This document shows positions 8,270 through 17,611 of a DNA stretch of 64,000 nt, one piece after another. The notes beneath the pieces are model-generated. The model was not told the DNA's origin and did not search any database. It was given only the letters and a program-made list of their open reading frames with translations. The position numbers and the translations under genes are program-made. Location of the stretch: positions 981-64,980 of the IMG/VR virus record IMGVR_UViG_3300042518_000285; one strand, given 5' to 3'. The DNA comes from a virus. Taxonomy: Duplodnaviria; Caudoviricetes. Position 1 is the stretch's first letter, and each line of letters starts with the position of its first letter.

Positions 8270-10726
8270 ATGGCTATTGATAAAGCACTAAACCGCGCAC
8301 CGTTGGGTATGAGCGACATGGGCGTGATGGAGATGGACGAGCCCGCATTGGAGATTGAGATCGAGGACCCGGAGTCAGTAACTATTGGCATGGGCGGGCT
8401 AGAGATCGAGATCGAGCCGGGTGTAGAAGACGACGACTTCAACGATAACTTGGCTGAGAAGCTTAGTGAAGATGTGTTGGAGAGCTTGGCAGGAGAACTA
8501 CTGAGCGACTTTGATGATGACGTGGGTAGCCGCAAGGACTGGATGCAGACCTACGTGGACGGGCTTGAGTTGCTGGGTATGAAGCTCGAAGAGCGTAGCG
8601 AACCTTGGGAAGGAGCCTGTGGTGTTTACCATCCCCTTTTATCTGAAGCTCTGGTTAAGTTCCAATCCGAGACAATTATGGCGACTTTCCCGGCGAGTGG
8701 CCCGGTTAAGACGCAGATCATTGGAAAGGAGACCACGGAGAATAAGGAAGCTGCCGAGAGGGTTCAGAATGACATGAACTACCAGCTTACCGAGGTAATG
8801 ACCGAGTATCGCAGTGAGCATGAGCGCATGCTGTGGGGCTTGGGTCTATCCGGTAACGCGTTCAAGAAGGTGTACTACGACCCATCGCTGGCACGTCAAG
8901 TCTCTATCTTCGTCCCCGCTGAAGATGTGGTTGTGCCTTACGGCTCAGAGAATTTACAGAACGCCCCACGTGTAACACATGTGATGCGTAAGACTGAGAA
9001 CGAGCTAAAGAAACTACAGGTCGCTGGCTTCTACCGCGACGTTGAGCTTGGTACCCCCGCTAATACATTAGATGACGTAGAGAAGAAGATTGCGGAGAAG
9101 ATGGGCTTCCGCGCTACAACTGACGACCGCTACAAACTACTTGAGATGCAGGTTGACCTGAATCTTGAAGGATACGAGGATGAGAGCGGTATAGCGTTGC
9201 CATACATCGTCACTATTGAGAAGGGTACCGGTACGGTATTGGCTATTCGCCGCAACTGGGAGCCAAGTGACGACAGTAAGCAAAAGCGCACTCACTTCGT
9301 CCACTACGGCTACATCCCCGGCTTTGGCTTTTATTGCTTTGGTCTGATCCACTTGATCGGCGCGTACGCTAAATCAGGCACTTCGCTGATGCGACAGTTG
9401 GTCGATGCGGGCACGCTGGCAAACTTGCCGGGTGGTCTGAAGTCCAAAGGCATGCGCACTAAAGGAGACGATACACCTATCGCTCCGGGCGAGTTCCGTG
9501 ATGTGGATGTGGCGTCTGGCACCATACGCGACAACATCCTGCCATTGCCATACAAAGAGCCATCGCAGGTATTGATGTCCCTGATGAACCAGATCGTGGA
9601 TGAGGGTCGTCGCTTCGCTTCCGCTGCTGATCTCAAAGTCTCTGACATGTCGGCGCAAGCCCCTGTTGGAACGACATTAGCACTGCTGGAACGCCAACTG
9701 AAAGTGATGAGCGCAGTTCAGGCTCGCATTCACTTTGCGATGAAGCAGGAGTTCAAGCTTCTAAAGCACATCATCGCTGCTTACGCTCCGACTGAGTACA
9801 GCTACGAGCCAGTTGAAGGTAGCCGTCGCGCACGTCAGCAAGACTACGAGATGGTGGATGTGATTCCGGTATCTGACCCTAACGCGGCAACTATGTCGCA
9901 GAAGGTGGTTCAGTATCAGGCAGTCATGCAGATGGCACAGCAAAGCCCACAGATCTACGACATGGTCGAGCTGAACAAACAGATGCTTGAGGTCTTAGGT
10001 ATCAAGAATGTCCACAAGCTTGTCCCTGCTGCCGAAGACCAGAAGCCAAGAGATCCAGTGTCAGAGAACATGGCAATCCTGAACATGAAGCCAGTCAAGG
10101 CGTTCTTGTATCAAGACCATGAAGCACATTTGCAAGTGCATATGACCGCTATGCGTGACCCCAAGATAGCAGGCATGGTGGGGCAAAACCCACAGGCCAA
10201 CATGATCATGGGCGCGATGATGGCGCATATCAACGAGCACATCGCGTTTGAGTATCGCAAACAGATCGAGGAACAGTTGGGCGTTCCAATCGACATTCCT
10301 AAATACGAGGATGGAGAAAGCATCCCAGAGGAGATGGAAGTCGAAATTAGCCGCATGATGGCTATGGCGGCAGATAAGTTGTTGCAGAAGGATCAGGCTG
10401 AAGTTGCCCAACAACAAGCACAACAAGCCGCACAAGATCCGATTGTCCAGATGCAGCAGCAGGAATTGGCTATTAAGCAGCAGGAGTTGCAGCTCAAAGC
10501 TCAGAAGCTTCAGATCGACGCTGCGGCACAGACTGACAAGATGGACATCGAGTTGGAGCGCATCGCTGCGCAAAAACAGATTGCCGGTATGCAGGTCGGA
10601 GCCAAAGTCGCCAAAGATAAAGCTGAACTTTCTGCTCGACAGCAAGAAGCTGGCGTTCGCATGGGTATCGACATAGCTAAGTCACAAGCGGAACTGGAGC
10701 AGCGGTCACCTAAGACAAAGGAGTAA
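8270..10726 (+). CDS. Portal protein
   Basis: 818 aa after terL, acidic N-terminus, GNAFKKVYYD, Gln-rich coiled-coil C-terminus as in P22-like portals. Confidence 0.85.
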   Translation: MAIDKALNRAPLGMSDMGVMEMDEPALEIEIEDPESVTIGMGGLEIEIEPGVEDDDFNDNLAEKLSEDVLESLAGELLSDFDDDVGSRKDWMQTYVDGLELLGMKLEERSEPWEGACGVYHPLLSEALVKFQSETIMATFPASGPVKTQIIGKETTENKEAAERVQNDMNYQLTEVMTEYRSEHERMLWGLGLSGNAFKKVYYDPSLARQVSIFVPAEDVVVPYGSENLQNAPRVTHVMRKTENELKKLQVAGFYRDVELGTPANTLDDVEKKIAEKMGFRATTDDRYKLLEMQVDLNLEGYEDESGIALPYIVTIEKGTGTVLAIRRNWEPSDDSKQKRTHFVHYGYIPGFGFYCFGLIHLIGAYAKSGTSLMRQLVDAGTLANLPGGLKSKGMRTKGDDTPIAPGEFRDVDVASGTIRDNILPLPYKEPSQVLMSLMNQIVDEGRRFASAADLKVSDMSAQAPVGTTLALLERQLKVMSAVQARIHFAMKQEFKLLKHIIAAYAPTEYSYEPVEGSRRARQQDYEMVDVIPVSDPNAATMSQKVVQYQAVMQMAQQSPQIYDMVELNKQMLEVLGIKNVHKLVPAAEDQKPRDPVSENMAILNMKPVKAFLYQDHEAHLQVHMTAMRDPKIAGMVGQNPQANMIMGAMMAHINEHIAFEYRKQIEEQLGVPIDIPKYEDGESIPEEMEVEISRMMAMAADKLLQKDQAEVAQQQAQQAAQDPIVQMQQQELAIKQQELQLKAQKLQIDAAAQTDKMDIELERIAAQKQIAGMQVGAKVAKDKAELSARQQEAGVRMGIDIAKSQAELEQRSPKTKE

Positions 10727-10729
10727 TCA

Positions 10730-10924
10730 GTGGACAAAACACTGGCAATTATCAAGGAACGTATTAACGAGAAACAAGCCCAACTTGCTCATGCCGTAAG
10801 CGAGGGCACAATGAAAGATTTCGCAGAGTATCGCGCAATATGCGGGGAGATTCGGGGTCTATCCATCGCAGAAGGCTTTATCTTAGACCTTGCAGACCAA
10901 ATGGAGCGCAACAACGATGAGTGA
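10730..10924 (+). CDS. Small head-module hypothetical protein
   Basis: SD AAGGAG, coupled to the next gene. Confidence 0.7.
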   Translation: MDKTLAIIKERINEKQAQLAHAVSEGTMKDFAEYRAICGEIRGLSIAEGFILDLADQMERNNDE

Positions 10925-11309
10925 AATACTAATCGCTACAGAAAGCGGTGAAGTACCACAGACAGCGGAGGAGAAAGCAAAACAACTCCCTGACCCAACT
11001 GGCTACCACATCCTTGTAACTTTGCCGGACGTTGAGGATACGTTTGAAAGCGGATTGCTTAAAGCGGATCAAACCAAGCAGTTTGAAGAAGTGCTGGCGA
11101 CAGTTTTCTTTGTTATTAAGCTTGGTCCCGACTGCTACACAGATACGAAACGGTTTCCAAACGGTCCGTGGTGTAAGGAGGGTGACTTTATCTTAGCTCG
11201 TCCGAATAGCGGCACTCGGTTGAAGATTCACGGTAAGGAGTTCCGCCTGATCAATGACGATACGGTGGAAGCAGTCGTGCAAGACCCACGCGGTATTCGC
11301 CGCGCATAA
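10917..11309 (+). CDS. groES: GroES-like co-chaperonin
   Basis: PTGYHILV..., SGLL, VIKLGPD, KEGDFIL..., KIHGKEFRLINDDTVEAVV; start revised to ATG 10917. Confidence 0.85.
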   Translation: MSEILIATESGEVPQTAEEKAKQLPDPTGYHILVTLPDVEDTFESGLLKADQTKQFEEVLATVFFVIKLGPDCYTDTKRFPNGPWCKEGDFILARPNSGTRLKIHGKEFRLINDDTVEAVVQDPRGIRRA

Positions 11310-11323
11310 AGGAGAGAACGATT

Positions 11324-12277
11324 ATGGAACAGCAAGAATTTCAGTTTCCCGACGAGAAGGAAGAAAAGGCTAATCCCGCCGAGGCTAAGCTGGACGATAT
11401 CGAATTTGAAATAGAAGACGATACCCCCGAAGAAGATCGTGGTCGGGAGCCGTTGCCCAAGCAGATCGTCGAAGAGCTTGATCAGGATGATCTGGAGGAC
11501 TATTCCGAGAAGGTTAAAGTCCGTCTGAAGCAGATGAAGAAGGTGTACCACGACGAGCGCCGGGAGAAAGAACAAGCCCTGCGGGAGCGTCAGGCTGCGG
11601 AAGACTTAGCAAAAAGAATGCTTGAGGAAAACCGCAGTCTCAAGGGTAGACTTTCCGAAGGGGAAAAACACTATCTCCAAACGTACCAATCAGCGGTTGA
11701 GCTGGAGTTGGACGCGGCTAAGAAGGCTTATAGAGAAGCCTATGATGCCGGGGATACCGATAAGTTGCTAGATGCGCAAGAGAGACTTAATTCCGCTCAA
11801 ATTAAGTTGCAAAAGGCAAAAGATTACGTACCCTCTTTACAATATCAACAAGATGAGGTACAAACTAGTCCAGAAGTCCCAGTGGCTCGTCCTGACCCAA
11901 GGGCAATTGCGTGGCAAGAGCGCAATACTTGGTTCGGTCAGGACGAGGAGATGACTAGTCTTGCACTTGGGCTACACCAAAAACTAGTCAAACAGTACGG
12001 AACTCAGTACACGTCCACCGACGAGTATTGGCAGAAGATTGACGGAACCATGCGTCAACGCTTCCCGGACTACTTCCCAACAGATTCTTCGCCGCAACCT
12101 GAAAAGGCTACGCCGCGCACAGAAAAACCGTCCACGGTCGTAGCTCCTGCGACCCGCAGCACATCCTCCAAAAAGATAACGCTGAAGCGGTCACAGTTGG
12201 ACACTATTAAGCGTCTTGGCATCACCCCTGAGCAATACGCCCGTGAACTAATGAAAATGGAGGCCAACAATGGCTGA
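11324..12277 (+). CDS. Probable capsid scaffolding protein
   Basis: Acidic coiled coil with C-terminal 'RLGITPEQYA' helix, upstream of capsid genes. Confidence 0.7.
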   Translation: MEQQEFQFPDEKEEKANPAEAKLDDIEFEIEDDTPEEDRGREPLPKQIVEELDQDDLEDYSEKVKVRLKQMKKVYHDERREKEQALRERQAAEDLAKRMLEENRSLKGRLSEGEKHYLQTYQSAVELELDAAKKAYREAYDAGDTDKLLDAQERLNSAQIKLQKAKDYVPSLQYQQDEVQTSPEVPVARPDPRAIAWQERNTWFGQDEEMTSLALGLHQKLVKQYGTQYTSTDEYWQKIDGTMRQRFPDYFPTDSSPQPEKATPRTEKPSTVVAPATRSTSSKKITLKRSQLDTIKRLGITPEQYARELMKMEANNG

Positions 12278-12719
12278 AAACAGACTTGCCCGTGAACTTG
12301 AAACTCGTGCCGTGCAGGAGCGCCCCAAGCAGTGGGCTCCACCTGAGCTTCTCCCTGAACCAGATAAGCAACCCGGCTTCGCGTACAGATGGATTCGCGT
12401 TTCGACTCTAAACAATGCTGACCCACGCAATATTTCCGCCAAAATCCGGGAAGGCTGGGAGCCTGTAAAGATAGAAGAGCAACCAAAATTTCAACTGCTA
12501 GTCGATCCGAATAGTCGCTTTAAGGACAACGTCGAGATTGGCGGGTTGTTACTTTGCAAGACTCCACAGGAGCTGGTGGACCAGCGTAATGGCTACTACC
12601 AGAAACAGTCCGAAGGACAAATGGATTCTGTAGATAACAGCCTGATGCGCCAGAACGACCCGAGGATGCCGTTGTTTAACGAGCGGAAATCTTCTACATC
12701 GTTCGGTAAGGGAAGTTAA
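12270..12719 (+). CDS. Head-module hypothetical protein
   Basis: 149 aa with YRWIR/REGWEPV motifs, coupled. Confidence 0.75.
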   Translation: MAENRLARELETRAVQERPKQWAPPELLPEPDKQPGFAYRWIRVSTLNNADPRNISAKIREGWEPVKIEEQPKFQLLVDPNSRFKDNVEIGGLLLCKTPQELVDQRNGYYQKQSEGQMDSVDNSLMRQNDPRMPLFNERKSSTSFGKGS

Positions 12720-12739
12720 TCTAACTTTTGGAGTAAAAC

Positions 12740-13420
12740 ATGGCTTATCCGACTGTATCGGCCCCCTACGGGCTAAAACCGATCAATCTGATCGGCGGTC
12801 AGGTGTTCGCGGGCCAAACTCGTGAACTCCCGATTGCAAGCAACTACGGTACCGCTATCTATAACGGCGACATCGTTCGTCTGGATGGTGGCACTATTGT
12901 TAAAGAAACGGGTACTACCACTGTTACGTCGCAAGGCGTAGTTGGTGTGTTCCTTGGCTGCACATATACTAATCCGTCTACGGGTCAGATTTTGTTTGCC
13001 AACTCGTACCCCGGTAACGTCGTTGCTTCGGACATTCTGGCTTACGTAGCAGATGATCCTGACCAACTGTTTAAAGTTGCTGTGACTGGCGGCGCTACTT
13101 CGACCACGATCACCCCGATTTCGGGCGCGATTCTGGGCGACAACCTCGCTATTTCTCAGCCTTCGACAAACACCACTATTTCGGGCAACTCGAATATTGG
13201 TGCTTATGATTCGGGCAACAATACTACGCAGTCGCTTCCGTTCCGTGTTGTGGGTCTGGTTCCTGAGACTACCAACTCTAGCGGCAACTACAGCGAAGTA
13301 ATTGTTAAGTGGAATGCTCCATACCCAACCATCACTATCGACTTCACGGGTGAAACCGCGTCGGTAACTCTGGCTGGCGGACATTCGTACCTCAACCCGA
13401 ACGGTCCTGACAACGTATAA
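12740..13420 (+). CDS. Probable capsid decoration/minor capsid protein
   Basis: Beta-rich, directly before the MCP, high-expression codon usage. Confidence 0.6.
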   Translation: MAYPTVSAPYGLKPINLIGGQVFAGQTRELPIASNYGTAIYNGDIVRLDGGTIVKETGTTTVTSQGVVGVFLGCTYTNPSTGQILFANSYPGNVVASDILAYVADDPDQLFKVAVTGGATSTTITPISGAILGDNLAISQPSTNTTISGNSNIGAYDSGNNTTQSLPFRVVGLVPETTNSSGNYSEVIVKWNAPYPTITIDFTGETASVTLAGGHSYLNPNGPDNV

Positions 13421-13433
13421 GGGAGCTTGAATC

Positions 13434-14348
13434 ATGGCTATTTCACGCGCACAACTATTGAAAGAGCTGCTCCCCGGCTTGAACGCACTGTTCGGTCTGG
13501 AGTACGCTCGTTACGGCGAAGAACACAAGGAAATCTACGAAACTGAGACTTCCGAGCGTTCGTTCGAAGAGGAAACCAAACTGTCTGGCTTCAGTGCCGC
13601 ACCGGTTAAGAACGAAGGTTCTGCAATCGCGTACGACAACGGTCAGGAAGCTTGGACTGCTCGATACAACCACGAAACCATCGCTCTGGGTTTCTCGCTG
13701 ACCGAAGAGGCCATCGAAGACAACCTGTATGACAGCCTGTCGGCTCGTTATACCAAGGCGCTGGCTCGTGCTATGGCCTACACCAAGCAGGTCAAAGCAG
13801 CATCGGTCCTGAACAACGGCTTCACCAACTCCGCTCAGTACTACGGCGGCGACGGCGTGCCTCTGTTCTCGGCTTCTCACCCGCTGGTTGGTGGCGGCAC
13901 TAACTCGAACATTCCGGCTACCCCAGCCGATTTGAACGAAACCTCGTTGGAAAACGCAGTGATTCAGATCGCTGCTTGGACTGACGAACGCGGTCTGCTG
14001 ATCGCCGCTAAGCCACGCAAACTGATCGTTCCACCTGCTCTCCAGTTCGTTGCTACTCGTCTGTTGGAAACCGAACTCCGCGTCGGCACCAATGACAACG
14101 ACATCAACGCTCTGAAGAACAACGGCTCGATCCCAGAAGGCCATACGATCAACCACTTCTTGACCGACACAAACGCATGGTTCCTGACCACTGACGTTCC
14201 AAACGGCATGAAGCACTTTGTTCGTACCCCGCTGGCTCAGTCGATGGACGGTGACTTTGACACTGGTAACGTCCGTTACAAGGCTCGTGAGCGTTACTCG
14301 TTCGGCTGGTCTGACCCGCTGGGCATGTACGGCTCGCAAGGCGCGTAA
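13434..14348 (+). CDS. Major capsid protein (Mu gpT-like family)
   Basis: MAISRAQLLKELLPGLNALFG..., DGVPLFSASHP, LIVPPAL, RYKARERYSFGWSD; strong terminator follows. Confidence 0.9.
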   Translation: MAISRAQLLKELLPGLNALFGLEYARYGEEHKEIYETETSERSFEEETKLSGFSAAPVKNEGSAIAYDNGQEAWTARYNHETIALGFSLTEEAIEDNLYDSLSARYTKALARAMAYTKQVKAASVLNNGFTNSAQYYGGDGVPLFSASHPLVGGGTNSNIPATPADLNETSLENAVIQIAAWTDERGLLIAAKPRKLIVPPALQFVATRLLETELRVGTNDNDINALKNNGSIPEGHTINHFLTDTNAWFLTTDVPNGMKHFVRTPLAQSMDGDFDTGNVRYKARERYSFGWSDPLGMYGSQGA

Positions 14349-14353
14349 GAAGA

Positions 14354-14377
14354 GGGGGGCTTTACGCCCCCCTTTTT
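14354..14377 (+). terminator. Intrinsic terminator after the MCP
   Basis: GGGGGGC-TTTAC-GCCCCCC-TTTTT. Confidence 0.9.
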
Positions 14378-14389
14378 GTAGTATATAAA
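14361..14389 (+). promoter_or_regulatory. Possible promoter overlapping the MCP terminator
   Basis: TTTACG-N17-TATAAA. Confidence 0.4.
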
Positions 14390-14398
14390 GTAGTTATT

Positions 14399-14472
14399 CC
14401 GGGATTTATCCGGTACGTCAAACAGGCTCCCGGCCTGACTTCATGCAGATTGACGTGCCTAACCGCATGAGG
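14399..14472 (+). ncRNA. Structured, pseudoknotted RNA downstream of the MCP (candidate Mu-gpT-DE-type motif)
   Basis: Pairings 14412-21/14450-59, 14423-27/14433-37, 14439-46/14465-72 and 14399-404/14428-33. Confidence 0.6.
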
Positions 14473-14478
14473 GAAAAC

Positions 14479-14934
14479 ATGGCTCTTTCTACCACCCAAA
14501 GTATTTGGCGTTCGGGCGGCGGCGACACGACTCGCACCGCATACTGTGGCTCCGGCGTTATGGCTGCTCAGTTCTACATTGCTGACGCATCTGTTGCTAC
14601 TGCAACTAACGTCAAAGTCTCTTCTGTTTCTGGTGCTCCTGACCTGATCCTTCCTGAAGGCGCAGTTGTGTTGTCTGTGGAAATTAATGACGCAGGCACA
14701 GGCTCTGTTGATCTTGGCACCCGTGGCTACACTAGTGGCACCGTGACCGGCGCGGCTATCGCCAACAACCTGACCGTCTCTGCTGTTGGGTCTATTACCG
14801 CTGGCTTGACTCGCACTGCTATTAGCGAGCTGTCTTACGTTACTGTGACCATCGACACTTCGGGTGCTGGCACTGTTGGTGGCTTCATCACCTACTTCGT
14901 TGCTGATCCGCTGGTAGGCCAGCAGAACGTCTAA
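14479..14934 (+). CDS. Virion structural protein (start revised to MALSTT)
   Basis: SD GAGGG; beta-rich. Confidence 0.7.
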   Translation: MALSTTQSIWRSGGGDTTRTAYCGSGVMAAQFYIADASVATATNVKVSSVSGAPDLILPEGAVVLSVEINDAGTGSVDLGTRGYTSGTVTGAAIANNLTVSAVGSITAGLTRTAISELSYVTVTIDTSGAGTVGGFITYFVADPLVGQQNV

Positions 14935-14948
14935 TTGAGGAGCCTATC

Positions 14949-15437
14949 ATGGCGATGCAATACGACGTAAAGTCATTCCACGCAACAGCCTCGGCGCTTG
15001 CGTACGCGGATCGTACCCGGTTGAAGGGCGTAGTTATTTCGCCCTCGACTTCGACGACGTTTAACTCGTGCGTGGTTGATACGCAGGGTGCGTTGTCGGG
15101 TACGTACGATATTCCGGGGTCAACGACTTGCACCGTTACCATCGCTAATCATGGGCTTTCAAACGGCGATACGGTTGGTCTTAACTTTACGACTGGTACG
15201 GCAGTAGACGATTCGTATACGGTATCAAACGTAACAACGAACACGTTTACTGTAACCACAGCGAGTTTGACCACCAGCGGTAACGTGACGATGTACCCAA
15301 AAGTACTTGTCGAGCTGGATTGTTCTTCGGGTACGGCGTTCTACACGCTGATTCCGGGTGAAGGCATTCTTGCACAGGGCGGTCTGTTTTGCTTGTTGCC
15401 GTCTACCACGGTAACGATGACTATTTTTTACGGGTAG
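14949..15437 (+). CDS. Virion structural protein with FCCH-like beta module
   Basis: TVTIANHGLSNGDTV...; paralog of the next gene. Confidence 0.75.
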   Translation: MAMQYDVKSFHATASALAYADRTRLKGVVISPSTSTTFNSCVVDTQGALSGTYDIPGSTTCTVTIANHGLSNGDTVGLNFTTGTAVDDSYTVSNVTTNTFTVTTASLTTSGNVTMYPKVLVELDCSSGTAFYTLIPGEGILAQGGLFCLLPSTTVTMTIFYG

Positions 15438-15441
15438 CGCC

Positions 15442-15933
15442 ATGATGCAAACAGACGTTAAGTCAGCCCGTGCAGCAGGTAGTGGACTGCTGGTGACACA
15501 GATTCCCGTACGGCTGAAATCTATTACGGTGACAAGTGCGACGGTGTCTGCAAGAAATACCTGTATATGCGACCCAACGCAGCAAAAGTCTGGGACGTAC
15601 AGCCGTACAAGTCCAAGTGCCACCATCACAGTCACGATAGTGAACCACGGCCTTGAGACTGGAGATCGGGTATTTCTAGACTTTACGTCTGGCGCGGGAC
15701 GGGACGGTGCGTACACAATTACAAAGACGGGTGACAACACGTTTACTTGTGCAGATGCGCCGACTACGACTACCAGCGGTAACGTCACGATGTATAGCAG
15801 TATTGCTTTAGAGATCGATACTTTTAATACGGTTGGCTTACCTGTACTGATCCCCGGCGAAGGCATCTACTGCCCTAACGGTATCTTTGTTGGGTGTGGC
15901 TCATCGGTAACTGCGACGGTGTTCTATGGCTAA
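15442..15933 (+). CDS. Virion structural protein, paralog of 14949..15437
   Basis: Shared QxDVKS N-terminus, NHGLxxGD module, IPGEGI...FYG C-terminus. Confidence 0.75.
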   Translation: MMQTDVKSARAAGSGLLVTQIPVRLKSITVTSATVSARNTCICDPTQQKSGTYSRTSPSATITVTIVNHGLETGDRVFLDFTSGAGRDGAYTITKTGDNTFTCADAPTTTTSGNVTMYSSIALEIDTFNTVGLPVLIPGEGIYCPNGIFVGCGSSVTATVFYG

Positions 15934-16180
15934 GACTCCAGCATGGCAGCGTAAGGAAGGCAAGTCCGAGAAGGGCGGCTTGAACGCCAAAGGTCGGGCT
16001 TCGTATAACGCAGCTAATCCGGGTAAGCCCGGTCTTAAAGCCCCACAGCCGGAAGGCGGGGCTAGGAAGAAGTCATTCTGTGCCCGGATGTCAGGCATGA
16101 AAAAGAAGCTGACTTCAGCCAAGACCGCGAACGACCCGAACAGTCGGATCAATAAATCTTTGAGGGCTTGGAAATGTTAA
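15926..16180 (+). CDS. Small basic protein (DUF6321-like)
   Basis: GGLNAKGRASYN...RKKSFCARM...SLRAWKC. Confidence 0.7.
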   Translation: MAKTPAWQRKEGKSEKGGLNAKGRASYNAANPGKPGLKAPQPEGGARKKSFCARMSGMKKKLTSAKTANDPNSRINKSLRAWKC

Positions 16181-16365
16181 AAGACCACATCGAGCCAGAC
16201 CTGATGGACAACGTCTCCATCCTTGCGGGGCTGGGCGTTATTCTTGGATGGTTACCAAACGTGCTTTCTATTGTCACTATTGTGTGGTTCAGCATTCGTA
16301 TCTGGGAATCCGATACGGTTCGTGGTTTGACCAACCGGAAGAAACCCGATGCCAGCCAAGAGTGA
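16174..16365 (+). CDS. Small membrane protein
   Basis: Hydrophobic SILAGLGVILGWLPNVLSIVTIVWFSIRIWE; overlaps neighbours. Confidence 0.6.
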   Translation: MLKDHIEPDLMDNVSILAGLGVILGWLPNVLSIVTIVWFSIRIWESDTVRGLTNRKKPDASQE

Positions 16366-16726
16366 AAAGCAAGAGAAGTTTATGCGGGCTGTCGCTCACA
16401 GTCCGTCGTTCGCAAAAAAAGTTGGCGTACCGATGAGCGTAGGGCGCGAATTCACCAAAAAGGAGGGCGGTATGCCACTCAAATTAACTTCTGAATCAGA
16501 AAAGCGTTCATCAGACTCTGATGAGTCCAAGCGTAAAGCAGTCAGCGGCATGAAAAAAGGCGGCAAGGTCAAGAAGATGGCGGCTGGCGGTATCGCTGCA
16601 TCGAAGATGGGCTCTGTGAAAACCGCTGCTCCTAGCCGTGATGGTGTTGCTGTCAAGGGCAAAACCAAAGGCAAGATGGTCACGATGGCTGGCGGCAAAG
16701 GTATGAAAAAGGGCGGGTACTGCTAA
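16349..16726 (+). CDS. Small basic protein with MKKGG repeats and an RDG..KGKTKG tag
   Basis: 125 aa, Lys/Gly-rich. Confidence 0.75.
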   Translation: MPAKSEKQEKFMRAVAHSPSFAKKVGVPMSVGREFTKKEGGMPLKLTSESEKRSSDSDESKRKAVSGMKKGGKVKKMAAGGIAASKMGSVKTAAPSRDGVAVKGKTKGKMVTMAGGKGMKKGGYC

Positions 16727-17001
16727 TGATGCCCTCACGCGGGATGGGTGCAATTAACCCTTCCAAGATGCCCGGCGGGAAGAAGAAAGCCCGTCGGGAT
16801 AAAACCGACTTTACGCAGTACAAAGAAGGTGGGAAGGTTAATGCTGCTGGTAACTACACCAAGCCCGGTCTGCGTAAGAAGATCGTGAGCCAAGTGAAAG
16901 CCGCAGCAACTCATGGTACGGGTGCAGGTCAGTGGTCAGCCCGTAAAGCGCAGTTGGTGGCTAAGAAGTACAAAGCCGCTGGCGGTGGGTACAGAGATTA
17001 A
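16726..17001 (+). CDS. Small basic protein (resembles N-terminal half of DUF5872)
   Basis: NYTKPGLRKKI...GQWSARKAQL...YKAAGGGY. Confidence 0.7.
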   Translation: MMPSRGMGAINPSKMPGGKKKARRDKTDFTQYKEGGKVNAAGNYTKPGLRKKIVSQVKAAATHGTGAGQWSARKAQLVAKKYKAAGGGYRD

Positions 17002-17007
17002 AGTGGG

Positions 17008-17610
17008 ATGAAAAAGCGCAAAAGATTTGACGATGGGGGGTCAGTGATGGATATGCCATCACGGGATATGCGTGACCCAGCATACCGTCGGCAACTTGAG
17101 CGTGAGCAAGCGTTAGAAGCATCTCCTGTAGGCCCAGAAGATTTAATTGGCTTGGGGTTGGGGAAAAGGGCATTAAGCGCCGCAGAAATGGCAACGCGCC
17201 CTTATGTTAGAAACCAAGTTGTTACATCAGAGGGGTTGCGGTTAAAAAGTTCGCCAGTCCGTATGCCGACCAGCGATAAAGATATTACACATGCGTACAG
17301 AAATATGTCGCAAGCGGAATATGAAGCAGCAAAAAAATCTGGGTATTTTGAGCGAAACCCAAAACCTAAATACGGCGCGGGCGATGAGAAATGGTGGAGT
17401 AGCGGCGATAAAGTTGGTAAGTTTGGTAGGGAATGGAAAGGTGGCGAGGGGGCTGTTACCATGCGCGTACCCAGAAGCAAAGTGCCAGAAAACAAAGCTG
17501 TTAGATTTAAAGACGCAGAAAAAATGAACAAGGGGGGTGCTGTGAAGTCAGCATCATCCCGTGCAGATGGTTGTGTACAGCGCGGCAAAACCCGTGGAAG
17601 GATGGTGTGA
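17008..17610 (+). CDS. Tagged protein with possible ADP-ribosyltransferase-like cargo
   Basis: HAYRNMSQAEYEAAKKSGYF...KWWSS core; C-terminal SASSRADGCVQRGKTRGRMV. Confidence 0.65.
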   Translation: MKKRKRFDDGGSVMDMPSRDMRDPAYRRQLEREQALEASPVGPEDLIGLGLGKRALSAAEMATRPYVRNQVVTSEGLRLKSSPVRMPTSDKDITHAYRNMSQAEYEAAKKSGYFERNPKPKYGAGDEKWWSSGDKVGKFGREWKGGEGAVTMRVPRSKVPENKAVRFKDAEKMNKGGAVKSASSRADGCVQRGKTRGRMV

Positions 17611-17611
17611 A

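Noticed and set aside
12773-14339. Long antisense ORFs (220 and 294 aa) opposite the capsid genes
   Set aside because: Expected shadow ORFs from biased codon usage of highly expressed genes; no RBS or recognisable motifs
14399-14472. HDV-like ribozyme
   Set aside because: Helix order does not match the HDV nested double-pseudoknot topology
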